Below are positions 1 to 8,626 of a stretch of 64,000 bases of DNA, one piece after another. The translations under genes and the position numbers were made by a program. Numbering within the stretch: position 1 is the first letter of the stretch; each line of letters begins with the position of its first letter. Location: assembly GCA_013792055.1 (NCBI GenBank), contig VMSQ01000314.1, positions 8,876-72,875 of the forward strand, in the 5' to 3' direction. The DNA comes from Desulfobacteraceae bacterium. Its GTDB lineage: Bacteria; Desulfobacterota; Desulfobacteria; Desulfobacterales; ETH-SRB1. The notes under the pieces were generated by a model. The model searched no databases. It had not been told where the DNA came from and saw nothing but the letters and a program-made list of their open reading frames with translations.

Positions 1-1580
1 CCCTTAAAGTTGCAGAATTCGGCGATGTCGCAATTGTAACTAAAAAAGGAATCATGGATAGCAACACAGCTCAGGCACAGGGCGGCATTGCTTCTGTTTT
101 TGATAAGGTCGATTCATTTGATCTCCATATCCGTGACACTCTTGCAGCAGGAGACGGTCTCTGCAACAAGGAAGTTGTTGAAATGGTAGTAAAAAACGGA
201 CCTGATAGAATTCTGGAATTAATCAATTTGGGTGTACATTTCAACTTAAAGGAAAACAGCTCAAAAAAGAAAACTTTCGACTTTGATCTTGGACGCGAAG
301 GTGGACACTCAAAAAAACGTATAGTTCATGCTCAGGATATGACAGGACTGGAAATAGAAACCGTGCTGGTACGTCACGTCAAAAATCATGAGCACATTAC
401 CCTGTTTGAGGACCATATTGCAATTGATCTTATCACTTGTTCAACTCTTTTAAAAAGCGGCCTGGTAACAACCAACCACGAGGAATCCTGCTGTGGAGCA
501 TATATTCTTGAAAGAGCTACAAAACAAGTCAAAACCTTTCGTTCTAAAATAACTCTGCTCGCCACCGGTGGCGCCGGCAAGGTATATCTTTACACAAGCA
601 ATCCCGACATTGCGACCGGAGATGGAATCGCAATGGGGTATAGAGCGGGTGCCACATTAGCCAACCTTGAGTTTGTCCAGTTTCATCCAACCTGTCTTTA
701 CCATCCTGAAGCTAAAAACTTTCTTATTTCAGAAGCTGTCAGGGGTGAAGGAGGAATTCTTGTTGACTCTGCCGGAAATCCTTTCATGGAAAAATATGAT
801 CCCCAAAAAGACCTGGCCTGCCGTGACGTTGTTGCCAGAGCTATAGATGCGGAACTAAAAAAAAGCGGAGATGATTCGGTATTTCTCGATATATCTGATA
901 AAGATTCTGAATTTATTAAAAATCGTTTTCCTAATCTTTATGAAAAATGTCTGAGTTTTGGCATAGATATGACAACCGAACCTATTCCTGTTGTTCCGGC
1001 GGCTCATTATATGTGCGGTGGTGTAAAAACAGATACTTACGGCAGGACAAATATCCTCAACCTTTACGCTATCGGGGAAACAGCTTGCACAGGGCTCCAC
1101 GGGGCTAATAGACTGGCAAGCAATTCTCTGATAGAAGCGCTGGTCTATGCCCACATGGCAGCAAAACATGCAGTAAAAGACCTTGAAACATTAGATTTCA
1201 AATCCACACCCGATGTTCCTCAATGGGATGAATCCGGCACAACCGACAGCGATGAAGGCATTATGGTTTCACATAACTGGGATGAAATAAGACGGTCTAT
1301 GTGGAACTATGTGGGAATAGTCAGATCGAATAAACGTCTTGAAAGAGCAAAAAGAAGGATAGAAAACATTCAAAACGAAATTCATGATTATTACTGGAAT
1401 TTCAAAATTGCCGGAGATCTTATTGAACTCCGGAATATTGCTACGGTCGCTGAATTGATTATTAAATGCGCCATGCTCAGAAAGGAAAGCCGCGGACTTC
1501 ACTACAATATAGAATATCCTTATCATGACGACAAATTATGGAAAAAAGATACTATTATCAGAAGAATTTTTGAAGGATAA
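1..1580 (+). CDS. nadB: L-aspartate oxidase, 5' end off-window
   Basis: Track ORF 54..1580. The frame stays open upstream to nt 3 (LKVAEFGDVAIVTKKG precedes the first Met) and the N-terminal GxGxxG FAD fold is missing, so the gene starts left of the window. Flavoprotein motifs AQGGIA, RGEGG, AAHYMCGG and HGANRLASNSL are typical of the NadB/succinate dehydrogenase flavoprotein family. Confidence 0.85.
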   Translation, partial: LKVAEFGDVAIVTKKGIMDSNTAQAQGGIASVFDKVDSFDLHIRDTLAAGDGLCNKEVVEMVVKNGPDRILELINLGVHFNLKENSSKKKTFDFDLGREGGHSKKRIVHAQDMTGLEIETVLVRHVKNHEHITLFEDHIAIDLITCSTLLKSGLVTTNHEESCCGAYILERATKQVKTFRSKITLLATGGAGKVYLYTSNPDIATGDGIAMGYRAGATLANLEFVQFHPTCLYHPEAKNFLISEAVRGEGGILVDSAGNPFMEKYDPQKDLACRDVVARAIDAELKKSGDDSVFLDISDKDSEFIKNRFPNLYEKCLSFGIDMTTEPIPVVPAAHYMCGGVKTDTYGRTNILNLYAIGETACTGLHGANRLASNSLIEALVYAHMAAKHAVKDLETLDFKSTPDVPQWDESGTTDSDEGIMVSHNWDEIRRSMWNYVGIVRSNKRLERAKRRIENIQNEIHDYYWNFKIAGDLIELRNIATVAELIIKCAMLRKESRGLHYNIEYPYHDDKLWKKDTIIRRIFEG

Positions 1581-1702
1581 AGTTAATAATTTCCTTGCAT
1601 GAAAATAGCTACTAAGATATTAGAAGCGGCTTACCGATTCACGGTTATTATGATAGCTTCTCGATCAGACAGCAGGTAGAAAATTCTATAGAGGAAAATG
1701 CA

Positions 1703-1990
1703 ATGATACACAAAATTAAGCGACTCATTTTATTAGCCATTTTGGTATCTGCTGGGTATTTCCTGTTATCAAATCATATAATTTATTTTGGCAATGGTAT
1801 TAAGTTATTAAAAAAATCAAAACCCACTTCAGCTTATACGTTTGTTAGTATTGTGGATAAAAGAGCTGAGGATATTCTAAAAATTGAAGATTTACGAAAT
1901 GATGGTATTGGAGATCTGCTTGTAGAGATTGGCAAACTAAACAATGAAGAAAAAGAACGATTGGAATATATTATTACGAGATCGCCATGA
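1703..1990 (+). CDS. hypothetical small membrane-anchored protein
   Basis: 95-aa ORF with one N-terminal hydrophobic helix (LILLAILVSAGYFLL). No family recognised. Confidence 0.4.
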   Translation: MIHKIKRLILLAILVSAGYFLLSNHIIYFGNGIKLLKKSKPTSAYTFVSIVDKRAEDILKIEDLRNDGIGDLLVEIGKLNNEEKERLEYIITRSP

Positions 1991-2150
1991 TCGGCAAAAA
2001 CATTTTTACAATTCCATACCGGCATTTTGCTGAGTTCTAAAGCCCTCCATCAAATAACTATATAAATAATTTCGGCGTATAAGAATCCAGCTACTCTTTT
2101 TGCAAACAAAAAAAGGACTAAACAGCCCTGGGTAAACCTTCATTATTTAT

Positions 2151-2226
2151 TGGTGGAGCTGAGGGGGCTCGAACCCCTGACCTCATGACTGCCAGTCATG
2201 CGCTCTCCCAGCTGAGCTACAGCCCC
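2151..2226 (-). tRNA. tRNA-Ala (anticodon GGC)
   Basis: The reverse complement reads GGGGCTGTAGCTCAGCTGGGAGAGCGCATGACTGGCAGTCATGAGGTCAGGGGTTCGAGCCCCCTCAGCTCCACCA. It folds as a cloverleaf with a 7-bp acceptor stem carrying the G3:U70 alanine identity pair, anticodon loop CTGGCAG, a T-arm AGGGG/CCCCT around TTCGAGC, and an encoded CCA. Confidence 0.95.
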
Positions 2227-2332
2227 AATATAAGTGGGGCAAGTAACAAAAAGCCTTAAATGTGTCAATATTTATTTCGTATGGTTTTTATTGGGTGAGA
2301 ATTTATTTGCAAAATAATCCGGACCAGTTAAC

Positions 2333-2539
2333 ATGAAAACAAACCGAACAAGAATGTTCAAAGAGTTTGATGCGACAGAATTATATTGCCCTCGTTGCAA
2401 GCGCGCAGTCCCTGTCAGGAAACGCCTCCTCCTGATACTTCAGGAAGGTGATAAATATGAATATCTATGTGCATTCTGTTCCGAGTCTGTTGGGACAAAA
2501 ATGGATAAAAACGAAAAACCATCTACAATAATTATTTAA
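2333..2539 (+). CDS. small zinc-ribbon protein (hypothetical)
   Basis: 68-aa ORF with two CxxC pairs (CPRC ... CAFC). No family recognised. Confidence 0.45.
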   Translation: MKTNRTRMFKEFDATELYCPRCKRAVPVRKRLLLILQEGDKYEYLCAFCSESVGTKMDKNEKPSTIII

Positions 2540-2540
2540 A

Positions 2541-2619
2541 ACCTAAGTTGAGCGATTTTTTGCGAAGAAATGTGCCAAGATCTTGATGCAGGTCGAGTAA
2601 AAAATCGCTCAATTTAGGT
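2541..2619. repeat. long imperfect palindrome between the zinc-ribbon gene and ppiD
   Basis: The arms ACCTAAGTTGAGCGATTTTTT (2541-2561) and AAAAAATCGCTCAATTTAGGT (2599-2619) are reverse complements with 1 mismatch. A near-identical half-site AAAAAACCGCTCAACTTAGGT occurs at about 55288-55308. Confidence 0.6.
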
Positions 2620-2635
2620 AAAAGGGTTAAAAATA

Positions 2636-4531
2636 ATGCTCAGATTTCTACGACAAAGTGCCACTAGCTGGCTAATCAAAATAATATTAGGTGCAATTGT
2701 TGTTGTATTTGTTTTCTGGGGTGTTGGAAGTTTTCGCTCACAACGGAAAGACAGAGTAGCATTGGTCAATGGTGAAACTATTAGTTCAGAAGAATATATG
2801 GAAGCATACAACAACATTATTGAACAATTACGTCAGCGATTAGGCAATAATTTAAATGACGATATGATAAAAATGCTTAATGTAAAAAGCCAGGCTCTAA
2901 ATATGCTGATAGATAAGAAACTGATGCTTCAGGAAGCAACAAAGTTTAATTTAAGGGTCACAGACAATGAGCTTGCAGATGCAATAAGACAAATAGAAGC
3001 ATTTCAGACAGATGGTAAATTTGACAGCCAAATTTACAAGAATACCTTAACTCGTAACAGGCTAACTCCCGAAGAGTTCGAACTCATTCAGAAAGAGGCA
3101 ATGATTACTGAAAAAATAAGATCATTCATATTAGGCAATGTTAAAGTTTCTGAGCAGGAAGCAATTGAATGGTTCAAATGGGAGAATACATCAGTCAACG
3201 TTGATTTTGTACTTTTTGAGCCCGACAGATATGACGATATTAATCCGACTATAGATGAAATAGGTTCTTTTTTTGAAGATAAAAAGGAATCTTATAAAAC
3301 TGATGCAATGGTTAAAGTCCGTTTCCTGCGCTTCGACCCTGATGCATATAAGTCAATGGTTGAAATAACTGATGAAGATATTCATGACCATTATGAAAAC
3401 AATATAGAAAATTTTAAAACTGAAAAAACCATAGAAGCACGACATATACTGATAAAACTCGACCCGATGTCCGATCCTGAAACAGTCGAAAAGAAAAGGA
3501 AATCAGCTCTTGATATACTTAAACTGGCCAGGGAGGGTATGGATTTTGCTGAACTTGCCAAACAGTATTCTGAATGCCCAAGCAAGGTCGAGGGTGGCTA
3601 TCTGGGAGAATTCAATAAGAATGCCATGGTAAAACCCTTTGCTGAAAAGGCTTTTCAAATGAAAGCCGGTGAAATAAGCGAACCCGTCAGGACCCGGCAT
3701 GGGTGGCATATTATCAAGGTCGAAAAGATAAATGAAGAAACTGTTATTTCACTTAAAGCTGCAGAAGATAAAATACGGAATAAACTTATAGAAGAAAGAA
3801 CAAAAAATCTGGCCTATGAAGAGGCTGAAGCAGTTTATGATGCTTCTTTTGAAGGAAATGATTTAATAAAAAATGCAGAGGCCCGAAACATTAATATAGT
3901 TACTACTGATTTTTTTACAAAAATTGATGGCCCGGAAACAGGAATGAAAAATAGCTCGGCATTTGCATCATATGCATTTAATCTGTCACTTATGGAAATC
4001 GGTAAGATACAGGACTTTGAAGATGGATATTACATTGTCCAGCCTATCGAAAAAATACCTGAAAAAATACCTGACCTAAAGGATGTTGAAGAAAAAGTCA
4101 GGATTGATTTAATAAGACAAATGCAGGACGAGAAAGCAAATAAATATGCTAATGAACTTCTGGTTGCTTTAAGAGATAACAAGTCTTTTGATGCAGAATG
4201 CAAGAAGCTTAATTTGGATGTAGCTACCACCGGCTTTTTTAAGCGGAATAGTTCTATACCGTACATTGGATTTGAGCAGGAAATCTCGCAGGCGGCATTC
4301 AAGCTTTCAAATGAAAATATGCTCCCGGAAGCCCCGATAGAAGGGGAAAAAGGATATTATATTATCAGATTCAGGGATAGAAAAGAGTCCGAACTAAACG
4401 GCTTTGAAGAAGGAAAAGAAAAGATAAAAGACAAATTGCTTAAACAAAAGATGCTTAGAACTTTTGATGCATGGCTTTCAACCATACGGAATAAAAGCAT
4501 TATATCAATCGAAAAAGGTTTTGGAGAGTAA
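2636..4531 (+). CDS. ppiD: periplasmic chaperone / peptidyl-prolyl isomerase PpiD-like
   Basis: 631 aa. It has an N-terminal membrane anchor (LIKIILGAIVVVFVFWGV), a SurA-N-like region and a parvulin rotamase block (ARHILIK ... GGYLGEF ... TRHGWHIIKV). The size and architecture fit PpiD. Confidence 0.8.
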   Translation: MLRFLRQSATSWLIKIILGAIVVVFVFWGVGSFRSQRKDRVALVNGETISSEEYMEAYNNIIEQLRQRLGNNLNDDMIKMLNVKSQALNMLIDKKLMLQEATKFNLRVTDNELADAIRQIEAFQTDGKFDSQIYKNTLTRNRLTPEEFELIQKEAMITEKIRSFILGNVKVSEQEAIEWFKWENTSVNVDFVLFEPDRYDDINPTIDEIGSFFEDKKESYKTDAMVKVRFLRFDPDAYKSMVEITDEDIHDHYENNIENFKTEKTIEARHILIKLDPMSDPETVEKKRKSALDILKLAREGMDFAELAKQYSECPSKVEGGYLGEFNKNAMVKPFAEKAFQMKAGEISEPVRTRHGWHIIKVEKINEETVISLKAAEDKIRNKLIEERTKNLAYEEAEAVYDASFEGNDLIKNAEARNINIVTTDFFTKIDGPETGMKNSSAFASYAFNLSLMEIGKIQDFEDGYYIVQPIEKIPEKIPDLKDVEEKVRIDLIRQMQDEKANKYANELLVALRDNKSFDAECKKLNLDVATTGFFKRNSSIPYIGFEQEISQAAFKLSNENMLPEAPIEGEKGYYIIRFRDRKESELNGFEEGKEKIKDKLLKQKMLRTFDAWLSTIRNKSIISIEKGFGE

Positions 4532-4543
4532 TTCTATAATAAT

Positions 4544-4729
4544 GAGACCTTTGAAAAATGTTCAATTTTGTTCAAGTTCAAGGAAGGTGAAAATTTTAAC
4601 CGGAGGAATATATTGAATATTTCGAGGATAGCGCTAAAGCTTCACTCCGTGCAAAATTTGAGCCTGACGCTGGCACGAAGTGAAGCTTTAGCGCTATTTG
4701 GGCAAAAGGGGGCGTTTTTCAAAGGTCTC
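4544..4729 (+). repeat. structured intergenic repeat, copy A (with nested extra palindrome)
   Basis: Terminal inverted repeats GAGACCTTTGAAAAA / TTTTTCAAAGGTCTC. The core TTCAAGTTCAAGGAAGGTGAAAATTTTAA...TATTTCGAGG...AAAATTTGAGCCTGACGC is shared with 7154-7300 and 10590-10732. It also carries a perfect 19-bp inverted repeat ATAGCGCTAAAGCTTCACT / AGTGAAGCTTTAGCGCTAT that the other copies lack. Confidence 0.85.
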
Positions 4730-4741
4730 ATAGTTTGGAAT

Positions 4742-5410
4742 CTATCTTGCTATCATAGCTCTCATCATATCACCAGCATTTTCAGCATGATCTGCAATGG
4801 ATCCAATTATTTCAGCCAATCTAACCATATGAAATATTGTAACGGGATCAATATTCATATTAAGTATCTTCGCTTTTATCATTGCTTCAACTTTATCTGC
4901 TTCATGCTCCTGCCGGCGAAGATTTCGGATAATATCCTTGACCAGTGTTCTTTGTTTTTCTGAAAAATTTTTAAAATACTTTCTCGCCTCTGATACCATA
5001 TCGCTCAATTCTTCGATAGGATCAATATTCGCATCTACAAGAAGGAAAAAATCCTTATGAAGTTTTTCCGGAATACCTGGTTCGCTCCTAAATGATAACC
5101 AGTCCAGAGCATCCTCTACTGCATCAAGAACGGCATCTTGTTCTCTCAAGTATCTGAATATCTGAAACTTATCTACCGGCATCAAAGTGCCTTTCGGGAG
5201 ATGCCCTCTGATACGACGTTTAATGACATCTGCCTCTCTTTCCATTCGAATAACATCCTGCCTGAATTCTTCAAAAGTTCCGCATTTGTGTGCAATATGG
5301 CACTCTATAGCCTGCTGAAAAGCCCATGCACATTCTTTTACCTTTTCCGCATGTTCCTGCAATCCATCAAATGGAGATGCTATAAACATAGACATAAATG
5401 GTATTCGCAT
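4742..5410 (-). CDS. DUF47 / TIGR00153-type PhoU-like phosphate transport regulator
   Basis: 222-aa helical protein immediately downstream of, and co-directional with, a PiT transporter gene (11-nt gap). This pairing is conserved for DUF47 proteins. The sequence style (FDGLQEHAEKVKECA...) fits the family. Confidence 0.7.
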   Translation of the reverse strand: MRIPFMSMFIASPFDGLQEHAEKVKECAWAFQQAIECHIAHKCGTFEEFRQDVIRMEREADVIKRRIRGHLPKGTLMPVDKFQIFRYLREQDAVLDAVEDALDWLSFRSEPGIPEKLHKDFFLLVDANIDPIEELSDMVSEARKYFKNFSEKQRTLVKDIIRNLRRQEHEADKVEAMIKAKILNMNIDPVTIFHMVRLAEIIGSIADHAENAGDMMRAMIAR

Positions 5411-5421
5411 AGCTCTATCCT

Positions 5422-6648
5422 TTATAAAATGAGTTGAAGTACTTTAAAAATTGCCATACTGGTTAAAGCTGAAGCAGGTACGGTTAAAACCCAGTATAAC
5501 ATAATTTTAAAGACTATTCTAAAATTAACTGCTTCAATACCTCCTGCAAGCCCAACACCAAGCACACCGCCTACTGCTGCATGGGTAGTAGAAACCGGAA
5601 GTCCCATTTTTGATGCAACCAGCACCGTTGTTGCAGCAGCAAATTCAACAGCAAAACCTCGGGTATTGCTTAACGTAGTAATTTTTGTACCAATGGTTTC
5701 CATTACACGATGGCCGGCCATTGCTATGCCGCAGGCGATGCCTATTCCGCCAAAACAAAGGAGAAAAACCGGAACCGGCACGGTGGCTCCAACATTTCCT
5801 GTTTTTACAATAAAATATATTAATGCAAGAGGTCCTATTGCATTGGCCACATCATTTGCGCCCTGCGATAGGGCAACATAGCAGCATGTTCCAACCTGGA
5901 TACGCTTAAAAATATCTTCTGCGGTACTTGTCGATTTTTTCTTAATGTAACGGGATAAAAGATTTTTGCATACTATACCCAAAAAAATTGAAAGAACCAA
6001 CGAAATAGCTAATGCTGCCGGAGTTTCAATGGAAAGATTTTTGCCAAGAGGAGTCTTAAAAAGAAATGACAAAATAACAACGAAAAGAGTAATTCCTACA
6101 AAAAAAGGTGATAAATTAAGGGCTCTACTAAATTGGTTTTTCTTGGAAAGTATTAATTTAACAATGATCTTAAAAATTATAAATGCTATGACAATACTGA
6201 AAAAAGGAGAAATTATCCAGCTCAATACCACAGCTCCAAGTTTATCCCATTTGATTACTGAAAAACCGCCTGCCATTATTCCAAAACCAATCATAGAGCC
6301 GACAATCGAATGAGTTGTTGAAACCGGCAGAGATTTCCATGTTGCAAAACTGATCCACAAGCCTGCTGCCAGCATAGCCGATAGCGCTCCAATCAAAGCC
6401 ACATGAGGATCTGAAAGAATTTCGGTTGAAACAATACCGTTACGAATCGTATCTGTAACATGCGAACCAATAAATGTTGCACCAAGTATATTCAATATCC
6501 CGGCAATAAATACTGCCTGACGTATTGTTATAGCTTTGGCTCCCACAGCAGGCGCCATAGAGTTGGCCACATCATTTGCACCTATATTCCAGGCCATATA
6601 AAAACCAAAGATATAGCCGGCAACAAGTATAAAAGACTCTGAAATCAT
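5422..6648 (-). CDS. pit: inorganic phosphate transporter, PiT family
   Basis: 408-aa polytopic membrane protein with the duplicated PiT signature GANDVAN (NIGANDVANSMAP and SQGANDVANAIGP). Confidence 0.9.
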   Translation of the reverse strand: MISESFILVAGYIFGFYMAWNIGANDVANSMAPAVGAKAITIRQAVFIAGILNILGATFIGSHVTDTIRNGIVSTEILSDPHVALIGALSAMLAAGLWISFATWKSLPVSTTHSIVGSMIGFGIMAGGFSVIKWDKLGAVVLSWIISPFFSIVIAFIIFKIIVKLILSKKNQFSRALNLSPFFVGITLFVVILSFLFKTPLGKNLSIETPAALAISLVLSIFLGIVCKNLLSRYIKKKSTSTAEDIFKRIQVGTCCYVALSQGANDVANAIGPLALIYFIVKTGNVGATVPVPVFLLCFGGIGIACGIAMAGHRVMETIGTKITTLSNTRGFAVEFAAATTVLVASKMGLPVSTTHAAVGGVLGVGLAGGIEAVNFRIVFKIMLYWVLTVPASALTSMAIFKVLQLIL

Positions 6649-6690
6649 AGTAAATTCTTAGGGAATTACATAAATATAGTAAAATGATTT

Positions 6691-6749
6691 TTGAACCGCA
6701 ATAGCGAGCGCATTCCCCGTAGCCAAGCTACAGGGAATCTTAAATTTTA
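6691..6749. repeat. 32-nt repeat plus hairpin (second copy at 56021)
   Basis: TTGAACCGCAATAGCGAGCGCATTCCCCGTAG is identical to 56021-56052. Here it continues into the hairpin ATTCCCCGTAG-ccaag-CTACAGGGAAT. Confidence 0.75.
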
Positions 6750-6986
6750 TTACAGTAGTATATCGCAAGGTGCATGAATAACAATTCCAAAATGGGACAT
6801 ATCACTACGTAAATATCAAATCAATTTAAAAAAATAGCATTATTTACCATAGGATTATAAAGAAGAATATTGAATTCCGATTAAAAAATATTTTTTCTTT
6901 TTTAACTAACAGATTTTGTTGACTTTTAAAAAAGCATATATTACTACTCTCAAGAAAATATAAGCTTTAAAGAGACTTATTGGACA

Positions 6987-7356
6987 ATAAAGACTTCACC
7001 TGCCAAGAAAAAATTAAGCAAAAAGAAAAAAACAGCTATTGACGCTGTTCTTGAAGTCGTTAAAAAAAAGCAAACAAGGAGCAACAATTGCAACGCTGAA
7101 AGGAAAAACCGGTTTTGATTCCAGACAGCTCAGCAACGCTCTTTATAAACTATATAGTGCCTGAACGAAAACTAGAAAATTTTTTCAAGTTCAAGGAAGA
7201 CGCAAATTTTAACCACAGGAATACATGGAGTATTTCGAGGATTAAAATTTAAGCCTGACGCAGAAATTGGGAAAATTAGCAGTTTTTGTTCAGGCACTAT
7301 CTAAGAGAGATATGATTGCATCTAAAACACGTGGCGTTTATATGATGAAGAAATAA
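6987..7356 (+). pseudogene. disrupted small lysine-rich, winged-helix-like ORF
   Basis: The conceptual product is KTSPAKKKLSKKKKTAIDAVLEVVKK / SKQGATIATLKGKTGFDSRQLSNALYKL / SKRDMIASKTRGVYMMKK*. To read through it needs (i) a 1-nt frame change in an A8 run (7062-7069) and (ii) removal of repeat copy B (7154-7300). There is no canonical start codon in frame (ATA at 6987). A terminator follows. Confidence 0.5.
7154..7300 (+). repeat. structured intergenic repeat, copy B (inserted in the small ORF)
   Basis: Same core as copies A and C, but the terminal inverted repeats are ATAGTGCCTGAACGAAAAC / GTTTTTGTTCAGGCACTAT. These differ in sequence from the A/C termini yet still pair with each other. 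Confidence 0.85.
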
Positions 7357-7396
7357 CGATTCAACTACGTGTTAGACTAGTTTCTTGAAGCAGTTG

Positions 7397-7451
7397 CAAA
7401 AAGTCTTCAGAGAGCCTATAGTGTTAATATAGGTGCGCTGGAGACTTTTTT
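7397..7451 (+). terminator. hairpin plus T-run terminator after the disrupted small ORF
   Basis: AAAAAGTCTTCAGAGAGCCTATA-gtgttaa-TATAGGTGCGCTGGAGACTTTTTT. The stem is long and imperfect and is followed by T6. Confidence 0.5.
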
Positions 7452-7594
7452 CTTTAATAATCATTCATTAAACTTCTTTATATGGTTTCTATGCCCATCT
7501 CTGTTTTACTTTTTTTCATGAAATTTTTGACACCTAATTATTAAAAATATATTCGACGGTTTTGAATTTTGCTAAGTAAGTACGAAAGGATTAA

Positions 7595-8029
7595 ATGATG
7601 TCAACTGACATTCAGACTCTCAAATCATTAGATCTTTTTGCCGATCTAAATTTTGGCGAGCTGGAAAAGATCGCCTCATTAATGCACATGATGAAAGTCA
7701 CAGAAGGAGAAGTCTTAACACGAAAGGGCGAGCCGGCCCGTACTTTTTTCATTGTTTTGTCAGGCAATTTTATGCTTTCATTTAAAAAGGACCGCTCGTT
7801 CACCTTGCACAATAAAGGTAATATTATTGGCTGGTCAACGGTTGTTACCCCTTTCCAGTATAGAGGCACAGCAATAGCACTTACGGACGGTCTGGTGCTG
7901 TCGATGCCGGGCCAGGAGTTTTTGCGTCTTATTCAAAGTGATTCAACGCTTGGTGACAAAATCATGCGAAAAATCAACAAAATAGTATCAGAAAGAATGC
8001 CTTATACAACAGGGACTTGGAAAGATTAA
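7595..8029 (+). CDS. cyclic nucleotide-binding domain protein
   Basis: 144 aa consisting only of a cNMP-binding beta-barrel-like domain (LFADLNFGELEKIA ... GEPARTFFIVLSG ...). No DNA-binding domain is attached. Confidence 0.65.
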   Translation: MMSTDIQTLKSLDLFADLNFGELEKIASLMHMMKVTEGEVLTRKGEPARTFFIVLSGNFMLSFKKDRSFTLHNKGNIIGWSTVVTPFQYRGTAIALTDGLVLSMPGQEFLRLIQSDSTLGDKIMRKINKIVSERMPYTTGTWKD

Positions 8030-8184
8030 TAAATTTTATCATTTCTATCTATTGCTTGATCAAACAGTTACGTCAATGTTATAAGTTCTGATGTTTTCAG
8101 CGTAATGATTGTAATTGTATAGATTTTACTTTAATAGGTTTCTTAATATTATAAATATAATGCTTATTATCCAGGGAGGCATAA

Positions 8185-8616
8185 TTGTTCGGCTTTGAAG
8201 CAATAATAGCCCATAACGGCTGGGGCATTTCTCTTGTTGGAATATCAATAGTCTTTACAGGTCTTATACTTCTAGCTCTTGCAGTTGCCCAGATTCACAA
8301 GATAATTGAACTGTGGGATAAAAGGCATCGCTTTAAAAAACCACGACAAAAAAAAGAGAAAAAGGAAGCGACGGTCCCGGATCTGACTGTATCTCAAGAC
8401 GTTCAAAGGGCTTCACGTCAGTTCAAGCTTTTGATTGAATGGATTGGCGAACCATTTCCGCTTCCAAAACTTCTAGATCTTTCGGAAAAATGCGGGCTTT
8501 CACGCCCACATTCAACTATTAATGAATTAGTTAAGTGCGAATTAATCATACCAGATGGAAACGGTTATTTTATATGGAACAAAGAGAAATTTAGGGATTT
8601 AGGAAAAAAGGAGTAG
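8185..8616 (+). CDS. OadG-like small subunit of a Na+-translocating decarboxylase (tentative)
   Basis: TTG start behind GGGAGG. The N-terminal single TM helix (GISLVGISIVFTGLILLALAVA) resembles OadG/GcdD-type gamma subunits, and the gene lies directly upstream of the beta subunit gene. The C-terminal ~90 aa are unassigned. Confidence 0.45.
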   Translation: MFGFEAIIAHNGWGISLVGISIVFTGLILLALAVAQIHKIIELWDKRHRFKKPRQKKEKKEATVPDLTVSQDVQRASRQFKLLIEWIGEPFPLPKLLDLSEKCGLSRPHSTINELVKCELIIPDGNGYFIWNKEKFRDLGKKE

Positions 8617-8626
8617 TGCTTAATCA

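Noticed and set aside
4568-4963. 131-aa plus-strand ORF from the track
   Set aside because: It starts inside repeat copy A and then runs antisense through the DUF47 gene. Its sequence is low-complexity and matches no family, so it is an artefact of the repeat plus antisense reading.
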